Source: Selaginella moellendorffii
Lineage: Eukaryota; Plantae; Lycopodiophyta
Length of the DNA stretch: 64,000 nt
Direction: 5' to 3'
Assembly (NCBI RefSeq): GCF_000143415.4
Contig: NW_003314282.1
Location: 407,700 to 471,699, forward strand
The notes under the pieces are model-generated. The model was given only the letters and a program-made list of their open reading frames with translations. It made no database searches and was not told where the DNA came from. The position numbers were made by a program, and so were the translations under genes. Of the stretch, positions 47,170-60,489 are shown in pieces. Positions within the stretch are counted from its first letter, which is position 1. Every line of letters begins with the position of its first letter.

Positions 47170-50100
47170 GGTGTGACATAGAGATATATGGATATTCCCT
47201 AAGAATTGTAAAGGATAGTAAAAATTTGGAAGAAATCGGCAAGAGAGCTAATTATATAAAGGAGGAGGGTTAAGTTGGGCTTCACCCCTTTTCTGAAGTA
47301 TTTAAAAATGTTATTAGAGTGATTTTAATGAGCAATGAGGAAATTGTGAGTATGATTGAGATTGCACTCAATTTTTAGTGAGTTTTGGAATGTTTTAGAG
47401 AACTTTGATTGTAGCTCATAGTTGGCCACTAGCAATAGGGCATCCTTGAGCAATTTCATGAAGTAATCCTTGTTTATTTCTCTTGCAGCTCATTAGATTC
47501 TCTCTCACTTGGGTGCTATACAGTGGAATCTACATAACATAACACCTCATTGTTCACTAGAATTTTTTCCCAGTAAAAAGAAAGTGGTGCTCATTTCTTA
47601 GCTTGGCATTAGTTCTAGCAGAGACTTTACTAGATCAAAGCAGACGGAGGATAGCTATAAACCCAATTAAATCTTGGGGGTTCTTTAAATCCTTGTGTGG
47701 GGAAACTTGTGGCTGAGAATTACGTGTGCACTTGACTGAGGGGCTCATTCAATCTTTAGATGTCTATCTAAAACTCTAGTACTTCTATTGACTTCGTGCA
47801 TCCACATTCTTAGAGGAGCTTGCCATACAACTAGCCACATGGTAGAATATTTGCCAATGATGTGGTCCAATCATGGCAAATTTAATTGTTCCCCATTCCT
47901 TGGTATCAAAGAGTAGTAAAATATTACATATTCTAATGTTTTGCCATGTAGAGAGTGACCAACTACAGAGATCTAGATAAAGGATGTAACCAAGAGGTGA
48001 GATATCCAATGTGACTAAGGAGCCCATTAGGTCCTTAGATCTCTATCTTGATCACCAGTACTTCCACTAACATCATGCTTTCATGTTCTTGGAAGAGCTC
48101 ACTGCACCACTAGCCACATGGTAGAATATTTATTGGTGATATGGGCCAATCAAGGCAAATTTGACTATTCCCCCTTATTAAGGGGCATATGCTACCTAGA
48201 AAGGGGGAACAATTGAACTCACCTTGATTGGCCTATGTTATTAATGGATATTCCTGCCACCTAATCAGCTGTGTAGTGAGCTTTTCCAAGAATATGGAAG
48301 CACAATATTAGTGGGAGCACTAGTAATCTAGATAGAGATTTAAGGACCCAATAGGCTCTTCAATGAAACACACACATAATTTCTAATTGTCAATCTCCCC
48401 ACAATAAGATTCAAGAAACCTTGCTCACTAAAAACTTTTCTTAGCCAAAAAAAGGTGGTGCTATTTTCTTAGCTCTTAAGATCCATTTTGGGTTTACAAC
48501 TATCCTTATGTACATTCTTTAATGTCCCATAAGGACTAATATAAAAACTAAGTATGCCACCCTAAAATAAACCTACCTAGTGAAACTCTCCGTCATCCCA
48601 AGCAAAACTAAGTCTTAAGTACAAGTGGTTGCAATAGCTACTATCATACTGAATCTAGATCCATGTCCCCCCTTCTTGCAAATAACAAGATCAACTCTGG
48701 GGGGTGTCATCTCTAATGAATGTCCTTCTTGTCACCATCATCAAACACGGTATCCATGTTCTCTGCCACTCCTCAAGCCTCACTAGTTATCTCCAAGAAT
48801 AGTATGGTGTAACCTTACTGTTGCTAGTGTGAGTTTCCACCACTTTGCCATCACCGCTGATATATCCTATCAAAGTGAGCGTGATTATGTGCTTCCCAAG
48901 GCTTGGATCCAAAAGCCTCCCACATAGGATCTCCTATCTCTGCACCAATCACATCTCAACGGACCTAGATCCCCCAACTGTATTGTTCCCTACATCTAAT
49001 ATATTACAAGGTCAGGCTCTAGGCTGGACCTCTTGCTCCCTCAAACCAATAGATAACATCCCCATTGTAGGCCTCAAAATTTTGTGCAACTCCCAACTCC
49101 TTCCCTACTTTAAGGATTTGGCACCACACCTCCTTCACTGCATTGCTCTCCTATAGTGCATGGCTAACTATCTTGATCTTGCCACACTCCTTGCACCTGC
49201 GACTTACCTCATCCTAAAACCATTATTTGATTGGAAGAACATTGTTGGCTACCAACCACGAAGTGACCTTTACTTTCTCTTGTACAGGGAACTTCTAGAG
49301 CTGCACCATGTTGTCCACCACTTGTTCCACATAGACTCTTTGTGCTATCCACTTCTGCCACAGCTTTGGGATCTCCTCCCTTACCTCCTCTCTAGATGTC
49401 AGCAGTCTATTACATACTTCCTTGACCTAATATGAGAAAAAGTTTTTTGCCCCTCGTTACCATGCTATAGAGTCCCAATCTAGATCCTCCAACAGTTACT
49501 GGTGCCACCATAATAATGTTCCTTTGCCCTGTAAGAGGCCCTTTGACTCCACTACGTTTAGTCTCTTAGGTGTCTGTCAAAGAACTTGGTTCCTCCTACA
49601 AACCTCATCATTAGTGACATTTGGCATCTCTTATGTCTCTCCCATTAGGAGGAGTGTGTCTCCCTTAGTAACACAGAAAGGGCATTTTATATTGCTCCAA
49701 TGAAATGATGCTTCTACCCAAGCTAGTGATGTTGCTGTAAACACTTGGGTCCACTTCCCTAAGAAGGCACTTTGCATCTTGCTCTTCCCACTCTATCTGC
49801 CTTTGGATTGCCACAAAATCCCCTACTTTGAGGCATCACCTTGGACACCTAGTCCCTTTTTTAATGCCATTTACAACCTGAAAGAATCACAAAATGTCTA
49901 ATAGGATGTTATGCCGCTTCCACAAGTTGAACACTTGTGTCCTCTTTGCTATCTACCATAAATCTAGCCACTTCAATCCAGTAGGGTCTCCACCAAAACT
50001 AAGGCTAGGAGGTGCTATGCCACATAGATTCCATTATGTTGTGCCTAGGTGAGAATATAGCAAATTGTGAGAGAAACAAACAGTTATTAAAATGATCTTA

Positions 50101-52600
50101 ATGAGCAATGAGGAGATTGTGAGTGTTAGTGAGATTGCACTCAATTTTTAGTGAGCTTTGAAACATTTTTGGAAAGTTTTGATTATAGCTCATAGTCCAC
50201 CATTGGCAACATGGTGTTTCTGAGAAATTTTGTCAAGTAATTCTAGTGTCTAGGGTGTGACGTGGAGATGCATGGATATTCCATGGGAGTTGTAAGAGGA
50301 GAATTTGTGTTAGAGGACAATAGAGATTTAGAGGAAATCTATGGAAAAGTTGACATTTCCTAAGGTATTTAAAAGTGTTTAAAGGTGTTTGAAAGCATGT
50401 TAATTAAACATGACTTCAATTATTTCCAGGGTTTAGATAGCACAATTGTGGCACCTTGCCACCACCCTCAATAGCCTACCATTGTAGTTCAGTTTTGCCA
50501 AGGAAATGTAGGTTTAGAAATCATAGCTCTTACTTCTGCCACATGCTAGTCAACTATCCCTTCTTCTCGACCACCTTTCCATGCAAACACCTCCTCTACA
50601 TCATCAATATCATCCAAATCCACTTCATGCAATATGCCTTTATCATTGTCCTTGAAACATAACATTGCAGCGTGTCCCTAGATTGCCACCTTTTTCTTGT
50701 GTGCCTTACAAGAAAGATGGTGGTCTTTACTTCAATGCTTGCCACAATCAAAACACTTCCCCAATTTCATTTTGTCTATTTCTAGGATGTCATTTCTTTC
50801 CACAGCTTCTTGTCTCTTGTTGCACTGGTCCCAATAGAGTTGTTTCCAATACAATTAAATAGCATGATCTTTTGTGAAGGTTGGATCTGTCCAACAATAT
50901 GCTCTGGTCTTCGAAAACACCCTTCAACCTCATGAAATTATTGGTTGGCATTGAGTGCTACCACCATTGCCTTTCGAATAGAAGCTGGTTTTGCCTAAGC
51001 TACATCTGCTGCTAAAGTCGTTGGAAGGGAAACAATATAACATTGTGTGAGTACTTCCCATTATCTCGTACTGATTTCGGAGCTAAGCTTTGTTGAAGGT
51101 TTGAAGATCTTGCTTTTGCTTCTTGTATTGCAAGTCACAAAGCTTGTTGAATGGTGATTCAATCATTAGTGTCAAGATAAATGTCTCTTCTAGCATCTTC
51201 TTGAATTGTGGCCAAGAGGGAAAGATCTTTACTTGCTCCAGACAATAGAACCATTCCGAAGCAAGCTCCTTCAAGTACATAGCAGTGAATGGAACCTTCT
51301 TATGGTTCTTCTTCTTCATAAAGACAAAGTTCCTTTCCAATTACCTGATCCATTCTTACAGCTTCAATTGGTCATTTGCCCCATTGTATTGATCCACTAG
51401 AAATTTCTCTTGATGTTTGAGGACCCCAACCCAAGATCCTTTTGCCTACCATAAGATCCGCCTGACACATCTTGTCAAGGAGATCCTCATACCAGGGTGT
51501 CTACTCAATTATTGGTAGCAACCGAGAACTAGAATTGACAAAACCTTCCTCCTCTGAAGATGATCTTTATAGGTCCCCCTCCTTCAAGCCATGCAGCCTG
51601 GATTCCACTTGCTCAAGAAGCCTGAACTATTTGTCACTGATCTGTTGCAACACCAATACTGTGGCACTCTAGTTTTGCTCCAAAGACTACAAGGTTTGTT
51701 GGAGTTGACCTTGCCAACTCACTAATTGCTTATGATTCTTGAGATATTGCTTGAAGTGCTCCCTTCAACTCACTCACCAATTCCCCGGTGATAGCATGTT
51801 GTGACGATTCCTTCAAGTCTGGAACAACGTTGATGCTTGATTTGCCCCCCTCCTCTTGTTGATCTTGTGATTTCTTGATCGCCCACGGCATGGCACTTAT
51901 CTTTGGATCCTTGCCATACCACACCGCCAAAGACAAAAACTTGACTGCCCACAAAAAAACCCTACAACGGAGGACAGATCCTAGATCGCAATGAAACTTA
52001 TTACAATGGAAATCACTAAGAATAGGAGGTAATTGGCATGGTAGATCTATCACTTTCAGCTCTTGGTTACGCCCACTGAAAGGAACAACTTCAATACCAA
52101 ATGTAAAGAGTGAATTGTAGTATTGATCACTCCCTGAATCAAAGGGAATACAAGAAGGAGAATGAATAGAAAAAGAGGAAGGAGAGAAGGGAAGATATGG
52201 AAAAAGAAAAATGAAAAACCTCCATTGCTTGTCCATATACTATCCATTTTTAATGTATGTCTAAAATGGCAACATCAAAGGCAGTCTTAAATCCCATTAA
52301 GATCTGCAAAAATGCAAATGAATACCCAAGACTCAATCACAAAGACCATATCTTCAACTATCCATATTGCATTAACATGTAAGCGATTAAATTTTCCATT
52401 TTACTTTAGTCACTTAACCTCAACTTTGACCACTTGGAGGAGTTTCACTCACAACCTCCATAAATTCTATTCTAGACTTGGGGACTTGCTAGCCCCAAGA
52501 ATGGCATCCGTGCCACTTGACTTTCGCACTTTGTCAAAGTGCTCCATGTGTCCAATCCCAAGATCAACACTCAAAAGTACCACCGACCATGACGACAGAA
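47170..52600 (-). mobile_element. Decayed LTR retrotransposon remnants (gag-like and LTR-like repeats)
   Basis: YLKELASEWF...SWPQFKKMLEETF gag-like segment (51083-51340); direct repeats 47325-47470 / 50095-50245 and 47170-47240 / 50255-50340. Confidence 0.55.
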
Positions 52601-53044
52601 AGTCAGTACAGTTGGTTCCCTTTATCGTTCCCACTTGAGCTAGTTGAGAAACTGGTCAATGACCATGTACTTAAATCGGATAAACATAAGGTAGGAACCC
52701 TATGTGTTTCTTGTTGAGCATACTCGGCCTAGTTTGAGAAATTCCTGTCATTGTCTTGCACTTGTTAGTATCAAGAACCCCCGCGTATTGAGATTAGTCC
52801 CTCAATATCGTTGAATGATAACTTACCGTGTCTGCCAAACACCCTCACTATTATGTCCTTTGTATTAGTCTCATTTTAGTCCCAAATGCTATTTATAGAA
52901 AGTGTCTAGATTCACTCATTTGGCATACCTACGGAATGTAAAGATCAGCCTGAACACAATGGTGTTCATCCCGTATCCAAATTTGCAATCTAAGGATATT
53001 TCATATTTAGTAAGTTTCAGACTTGTCCCAGAGACTAACTCCTG

Positions 53045-53755
53045 GTATTAGGGGAGGCTTGGGGTGAGAGCCCAAAGCATGTGTCCCTCGGGGGGGGGGG
53101 ATGTGGGGGGTTCCAAATGTATAGTAGGGATAATGGTTGGAATGTATATCCGACTATCTGAGACATTAGTTTGGTTCTCATTGGGCTGTGTCACTCCTTG
53201 TTTTGCGTCCGGCTTGGGTCTAAACCCAAGCTCCACGCTGCTCTAGTCGGTGGGGTACCCTCCTCCTTGCGTTAGGCCACCGGTATGCCAAAATTGTGCC
53301 AGACTCCATCTGACACCATTTTGTGTGCAAGTGCTAGATACGGGGAGCTGGTGCTCGTGGGATTGTACTGGACCCTCGTTCGTAGCGCAATGGGCTTAAA
53401 GTTCGGCTCCAAATTCAGGTGCGTTACACATATGGTATGGAAGTCCTAAAAGACAGTGGGACTTAGTGGTTGGGCCTGTGAGCCTTGACCCAGTGGCAGT
53501 GTCAGTGAATACAACCATGGACAAAAAGGGATTTAGTGGGGATTGGAAAAAGGACATTGGGGAAGGCTATTCTCCATGTCTATGGGCATCCTAAGGATGC
53601 TAAAGAGTGTCCAAGATGACCACTCATGGACGGATGGCCTAGTTGGTGAAAGATGGGACTGTGATGCAAGTGGTGCTAAACCACAAATGTGGCAAAGTTG
53701 AATGGACATGGCCTTAGTGTAATAGGCCATCACATGGAAAATTTAGTCGCTTACA
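53045..53755 (+). mobile_element. LTR remnant of the B/C family
   Basis: gcccaaagc...poly-G...ttccaaatgtatagtaggga motif; 53440-53755 aligns to the C LTR and ends GGAAAATTTAGTCGCTTACA. Confidence 0.75.
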
Positions 53756-54099
53756 TTGCCAGACCCACAAGACGAAGTGACAATAGTGGCCGGCAGGAGG
53801 AGCAGCTACATACCTGTATTGACTTCGTTGCCTACTCCTCCACCATCACTTGCTACAGTTTGCGGAAACACCAATATTGAATACAAGATCTCGTGGAGGG
53901 CACTGAAAAGTTGTGAGTCTTAAGTTTGTTCCACACTTTTTTGCAGTCTCTTAAATTATGTTTAGCACGTCTTTGTGAGTCATCACTTGATTTTTGACAT
54001 TCTTCTTTTTTGTCATGTATTTTTCTCACATTTTGTATCTCCCAAACAAAAAAGACTAAACCCCACTTTCTTGGTTTTAGGAGGGTTCTTGCATTGTGA

Positions 54100-54465
54100 G
54101 CGGATCAATCCTGAGGCTCTTCAAATTTTCTGGTAGAGTCTTCCTTGTGGCCTCTGCAAACTCCCTAATGGCCTTCTCTTGTTGAAAAGCAAGCTGCTAG
54201 TCCATATCCATTTCCACTAAACCAGGTCTAGAATTTCTAGTGGTGACTACAATATGTAGAAATAAACCAGCATCACATAGACAGTACCAGCGCTTGATCC
54301 CACAAGTGCAACGACTGGAACTTGCCATCAAACTGGTGGAGCAACGATGGCAGCCCAAGTACAAGCCAAGCTAACCATTATGAACATAGCCAAAATGCCG
54401 CCGTCGTCAATCCAATCACCAGCCAAAGGTATTGTTGAGGGAGTGAGAAATCCACGGAATAATAT
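54100..54465 (-). pseudogene. Diverged, broken fourth copy (C-terminal half) of the membrane protein gene
   Basis: GFLTP...DWIDDGG...AAIVAPPV and EMDMD.QLAFQQEKAIREFAEAT align to the copy 1-3 C-termini. Confidence 0.7.
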
Positions 54466-55299
54466 CACCACCGGCTCTTTCTTCTGTTTCCAGGTTGGCA
54501 TTCCCAAGGAGCTCTCTTCATGCATGTTGACGTGGCCAGCCCGTTCCTTGTTCTGAGCGCTTGTTGTCTTGTACAGAGATTGACTAGATTTGCTATTTCC
54601 ATGTGTTTGGCAGGCTAGCAGCATCCCTACGTCATGGTTTCCCTGGATCACGGGGAAATCTGTTCCAGCTCTTCCCACTCATCCCACAATACCGAGTGGC
54701 TTTGCTGCCGGAGTAACATCATGCTCAAAGGACATAGTTGGAAGCAGTCTTTGTCAGAGGAAAGCCTCGAGCTGTTCAAGAAGGAAATTCTTCCCTCTGA
54801 AAGGGTCTAGCGGTTTGTGTCTAGAGATCTCGATGAGCTCTGGCGAATTGCTGCCTCTGATTATAAAGGTACGTTCCTTGAATTCAGGTTTTCGCTTGAC
54901 ACTGTGATCTGTAGGCATGAGCTCAAAGTATTCTCTAGTGAGGTTGATCGTTTTAAAAACCACTGCCGAGTACCAGAATGGCATTAACTCGATCGTCTGA
55001 TCAACAGGTGCCTACTTTTCATATGGATTGTGGCTAGGATCAAATGCCAACCAGAATGTCAATTTGTTTTATTCTATTAGCAAAAGGCCAGGCCAAGAGC
55101 TCCCAATCTCGGAATGCTTGAAAGCTTCATAGGTTGCTCTCCATCATCCTCGCCTACAATAAACCGAGAACATGAATAAGTAAAAGCATGCACCTACCAA
55201 ATGCATCAGTGATTTGTTGATGAAGAACATGCACTATATCTAGCAGTTTCTCCAGAACAAATCGCACTTTTACCAGGACTTTTTCTTCAATAGCTTTGA

Positions 55300-56800
55300 A
55301 GGTAACGTGAGCCGAGGAAGCAGAACAAGAAATGCAAGAGCTCAAACACAGCAGTACGTTCAAAAAACTAAAACTTTTGGCTCTTGGAATCGTCATGGTA
55401 CTTTTGTGGAGCTCCACGAACTCCGTGCTTCGTTTGGAGGAAGATTGAAGAGAGTTGTCCTCTTTAACCATTCTATTATTGCCAACCTTTCCTCGGTGAC
55501 TGCCTGGGAATTTGCACTGAATTTAATTTACGTGTCTCCCGAGCGCGCGATAAGCTGTATCAAGATCTTCCTTGGTCTTTCAACCCTTTACGCGCAAACA
55601 AAGAAGAGGTAAGAAAAACTGCTTACTAGTAAATATTTGTTTTTTTCTCATGCAGCTCACAGCATCCCAGATCAAAGAGGAAATGGAAAGGTAACTGGTG
55701 CTGCATCGATGTAACGATGTTTAAAACTAGAGCAGCTGGTTGATGCATTTGGTTTTTTCGACATGCAGAGCTCACCATGGATTCGGGGGTTGGAGAATGG
55801 GCTAGTACTGGGTGAGTTGTTATTTCTTCAAACTTTGGTTTCCATTCTAACCATGAGAATCTATACAGATCTACCCATATAACACTTCATCACGCCAATC
55901 AAGCAGTGCCCGAGAATATATTGGACCTCCTGGTTTGGCTGAACCTCCTCATAAGAGCCTTTCCGTTCACCGAATCCATCGCTACCGCCAGCAACGAGCT
56001 CTATTAGTTATGAACATTTGCTGCAATCTATCGCTGCTGCCAGCAACGAGCTCCATTAGATACGAGCATGAGGCAAGTTCGTTTGTTAGAATAGTTCTCG
56101 TCTTTATCATCGTGCTGCAGTGCAGGCTTCCTTCTCTACTGCAACTCAGCACAGACCTCGTCCTCTACCAAAAGATGTTTGGCAGGGTGCATCGAACGCT
56201 ACCGTGTTTACGCTTGATTTCTCTGCCTCGGGTGGAATGATGACCTTGTTCTAGTTGTTTAAGGACAAACAAGTCAACCTCATCGGTCTGTGGGGACGTC
56301 GGTTTGTAAGCACGGTTTGGTGGATTACTTTACTTGGATGTCAATCCGTGCTGCGATGGTTCTGGACCGTCCACTTTCCGAGGAATCTGCGTTTGCCCGT
56401 GAGAGTGATGGATACATACAACGAAGACAAGCACGACTGACGCAGCAGGCATTCTCGCTCCAGCTACTGGACCAGTGACTGCCACAGTCTCCGTCAACAG
56501 CCCTGAGGCACTCATCCAATCTTGAGGCGATGATCCAAAGCAAGCTGTGGAAACCGCGCTGTCCATCGCCGAAATCATCCAGACCACCAACCAGAAGCTC
56601 CAAAAATATAGAAGTATCTTAAGAGCGATTGGACGTAACTCTCACGAGTCTGGCAGTGGTGTCCTCTGGAGCTGGTTCGGGAGCTGAGTACAAAAGACTT
56701 ACAGCAATATACCGTAAACGGTAACCCAATTGTGTACTTCCACGGCCGAGTAGCCCACAATGTTCAGTTTGGATATGGTGACGTCATCATATAAACTTGT
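55300..56800 (+). pseudogene. Decayed multi-exon gene of unknown product
   Basis: Short GT-AG intron-like segments (e.g. 55609-55655), but reading frames contain stops; partial tandem copy at 56890-57545. Confidence 0.35.
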
Positions 56801-57769
56801 TCTCGTCTCACTTTAATTTTGCAGTTGAAAGTCTTATGCAAAACAATAAAGACAAATGGGCTAAAATCCGTGGCATATTTTCTTGAGTCTTGAAACCACT
56901 ACCGAGCATTGGAATGGCATCAACTAGATCATTTGATCAATAGGTGCCTTACTTTTAAAAGATTTTTGGCTAGAATCAAATTCCAATGCTCCATCTTGCA
57001 TTTCTTGTTCTGTGTGCTCTAGTGACTGCCTCGGAATCCGTTCCTAGTGTACACAAGAAGGATGAGCTTCTTGCTCTAAACACAGCAAGAACCAAAAACT
57101 TTTGGCTCTTGGGATTCTCATGATAAATTTGTTGTCTGTGGCTGCTTGCTTTGGATAGATATGCAATGGCATTGGGAGGAAGATCGATTAAAGCAAGTTG
57201 CTCACCTTTGATGAACTAATTTTGAAGAAACCACTAAAAGTACACTTTTAACCATTTTATTTAAAGCTATTGTCCCTCTAGTAAATTGTAATAAATCATT
57301 TTCCTTCAAGCTCCATGTTTGAGATTTATTCTCATTTTCTGTAAACTAATGAAGCTGTCAAGTGTTCCTAAATTGGAAGCTCTCATTATGTTAATATAAT
57401 AAACCAAATCGACATTATGGTATGAATTTTATTGTTATTTGCAGGTCTCCAAGTTATATTCCTCTACAGGCGTGATAATTTGTATCAAGGTTTTCCTTTT
57501 TCTGTCAAACAGCTCAGATAAAAGAGGAAATGAAAAAGTAGCTGGCATAGATAGTGGTGGGAATGTTCACATGTTCAACTTTGAGTTATTACTAGTTTAA
57601 TGCTAATAAATCTTCTAAATATTGGATTGGTACATTTTTACGTTTTTATATATCACTATTGCTGAAACAAGTATAGTGAGCTTCAGCTACAAGTTCCTTG
57701 TCATATCCTTCACCATCTTGGTTTTTCTCTTCTCTACCAGCTTTTCTGGGATTCCTTGAAGTGGTAGGA

Positions 57770-58030
57770 TTGGTAAGAGGAGAGCCATATAATCCTGTAT
57801 TGGCTATGAAATGTTGTAAGTTGGCCTTTCTGAGGAACAAAGCCTGATAGATTGTTCTAGGAGACATTGAAGCTGTAGAGAGTATTTAGCAAAAGAGAGT
57901 TTGGAATAGTTCTGCTCAATGTGTTCTTTGAAATGTCGAAAATAGATGTTATCAAGCTTTCCAATGGACTCTGGAGTTGGGCTTGATAGGAGGTTATGAG
58001 AAAGATCCATCTTGAGTAGACTGCACATGT
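57770..58030 (-). pseudogene. LRR receptor-like protein C-terminal fragment
   Basis: MDLSHNLLSSPTPESIGKL, LSRTIPNSL, FNVS and NTGLYGSPL plant extracellular LRR/cap motifs across frames. Confidence 0.7.
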
Positions 58031-59539
58031 CACCAATGCTTCGCTTCCATATGGCAATATCGTCAGGAGCATATTGGATGAACCATAGTGTATAAATGCT
58101 TCTGCAATGTCAGAACAGATCACTATGTTACTGGAGCAGATAGTGGCATGATTCTGATGTATATCAAGACGTGAGACTTCAGGATGCAATACAGCTTTAG
58201 TTTAGGGTTTTCTTGAGAAATGTGGAGTGGCTCAGGTAAATTAGACTTATCGGAAAAGGGTTGAGCAACTTCAATTTTTTTGTTGTTACATGAAAATGTG
58301 TTCTCCAATTATGGAGGCGAAGCTTAACAAGAAGATGCTTCTTGGGATTGTATTTGGAAGAGATTGACCACCAGCAGTGATACCTCTAGAGGATGTAGCA
58401 AGGATGACTTTAGAGCAAAGCCAACTATATCATAAGCAACTGTATTAAAAGCGATATGAGGATTTTGAGTAGAAGGTCTTATTTGATAAAAGAGATGTCA
58501 TGTGGTGTGTAGCTCCACTATCAAGAAGCTAGACACTTCCAAGTCTCAACATAATTTATGTGAACACTAGATAAGTCCTCAAAATTTAAAGTACCTTCCA
58601 AGAAATAATCATGGTCATTGTAGTTTATAATTGCAAGAGTGCCAACTAGTCTTTTTCATTTATGATTAGCTCTTCCCAAATGTCTTGAATAGCTTTTTCC
58701 TTGACATCCTTGCAACTAGAGCCATTGTCTCCTCTTCCTTCTGCTAATCCTTATTATCTTTAGGCTTGTTTTTAGCATCACTTAAACTTGTATAATGGTG
58801 AATGTTGATGATGACCTCATCAAGATCTAGTTGTGTTTGAGTTTTCTAGAGCTCCAATTTGGCTTTTTAAAACCTTTTATTCAATCCAAGAATCAACAAG
58901 GTTCCAATAGCATTTGAAAAACTTGATTGCATACTCTGATGAGAAGAGTTATACTCTCAATATAATCTTGAGCTTTTCCTTACCTACAATTTGTCATCTA
59001 TTGAAATATACTCATCTCTATCACCCATGATCATTTACAATAGAATTGTTGAAGAGTGTATGGTGAGGATCTATATATAATTGCTTTTGATATGATCTAT
59101 TTTCCCATTTTTAGTTTAAATTACTAATGTTTTCTATGTCCCTAAGCTTGCTTGTCATATTTTGTCTATCTCTAAGCTTTTAGGATAAGGAATCTATATG
59201 TTTTTTCATAAGAAAAGAGTAAATTTTAATTTTAACACTACCTAAATAGCTCAAGCTATACAGATAAATGGACTTTATTATATTTCTTTATATGTTCTGA
59301 TAGCTCTTACTGTTTCAATATCTAACAATTTAATATTATAGTTGTGGCACTTTCAGTTAGTATATGCAAGTTTTCATCATGTGAAACAGATCTAATGGGC
59401 AAAAAAGGCAAGGACTTAAGGTACTGTTCCATTAGCATTAGTTCATACAAATATTTTGGATTCATCACTAAGTATTTCTTACTAATTATAGATAACTTTA
59501 GTCATCACTTTTGTTTCTTCCTAAAATAAAATTGGAAAC

Positions 59540-59850
59540 TCATAATTGGATTTAAATGGTGGAAACTAAGAAGGAAACTTCTTTGTGAACTCTTTGTGTT
59601 GATGGAGGTTAGGAATCACTTTCTACAAAGTTCTGAACCATCCTTGCTTCTTGAGGTGATATTCAATACTATATTATTACAAGCAAAACAAAGTTGTGGA
59701 GTGAAAGATGCTCACTATCTTGGATGTTTCTTGTGCAATGCCTAAAGCAATGAATGTTCTTTGCTTCTTCTAGATAGAGGTAGTCAATACTATAGTACAT
59801 GTTTAAAATGTGCTACTTACAAGAGCAATACATAATATAACACCTTCAAA
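59540..59850 (+). mobile_element. Decayed Ty1/copia integrase remnant
   Basis: Degenerate QNxVVExK, MxKAMN and FxxExVNT...TP motif series. Confidence 0.4.
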
Positions 59851-59878
59851 ATTATAAAACTATTGTTTAGGAAGTTGT

Positions 59879-60460
59879 TGCAACACATAAATCCCTAAGT
59901 TCCAAAATGGGGCTGAAAGGGTGCCATATGGTAGTGGCCAAAGTAAAAGTCCAACAAGTGTAACATGTTTGAACTAAAAGTTCCAACTCGGAAAGTTGAG
60001 AGTGGGAATGAAAGTCCCAATGAAGTGTTTAAAGAACAAGCATAAAATAAATGAATCTCTAAAAAAGGGACATGAGAAGGACTAACACATGACAAGTGTT
60101 ATGGCAAGTGTTATAACATATGGAAGTGTCAGGACTGAATCCAAAAAGGAGTCTGAGAAGAGATGGAGTTCAGGATGAAATTCAAGATGGAATCCAAAAT
60201 AGAGTGTAAGAAGGAGTTCGAGATGGAATCTAAAATGGAGTTTAAAACCAAGACCAAAAAAGAGACTGAGATGGAGTTCAAAATTGGGTCTAAAACCAAG
60301 ATTGAAACCAAGACTTGGCCTTTCTTGGCCAAATTGGCTCTATTCAAGTCCTCAAGGGTTTGGGAGACAGGCTTTCACCCTTAGATTTGGATTCAGACTT
60401 TGTGTTAGACTTGGACTTAGTCTTGGTTTTAAATTTGAACTCAGACTTAGTCTCAGTCTC
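59879..60460 (+). mobile_element. Decayed C-family LTR fragment with internal inversion
   Basis: Aligns to 14661-15300 with many G->A changes; 60310-60460 is the reverse complement of C LTR ~15380-15550. Confidence 0.75.
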
Positions 60461-60489
60461 AACATAAGTAGCAAAATGATTAAGAAACA

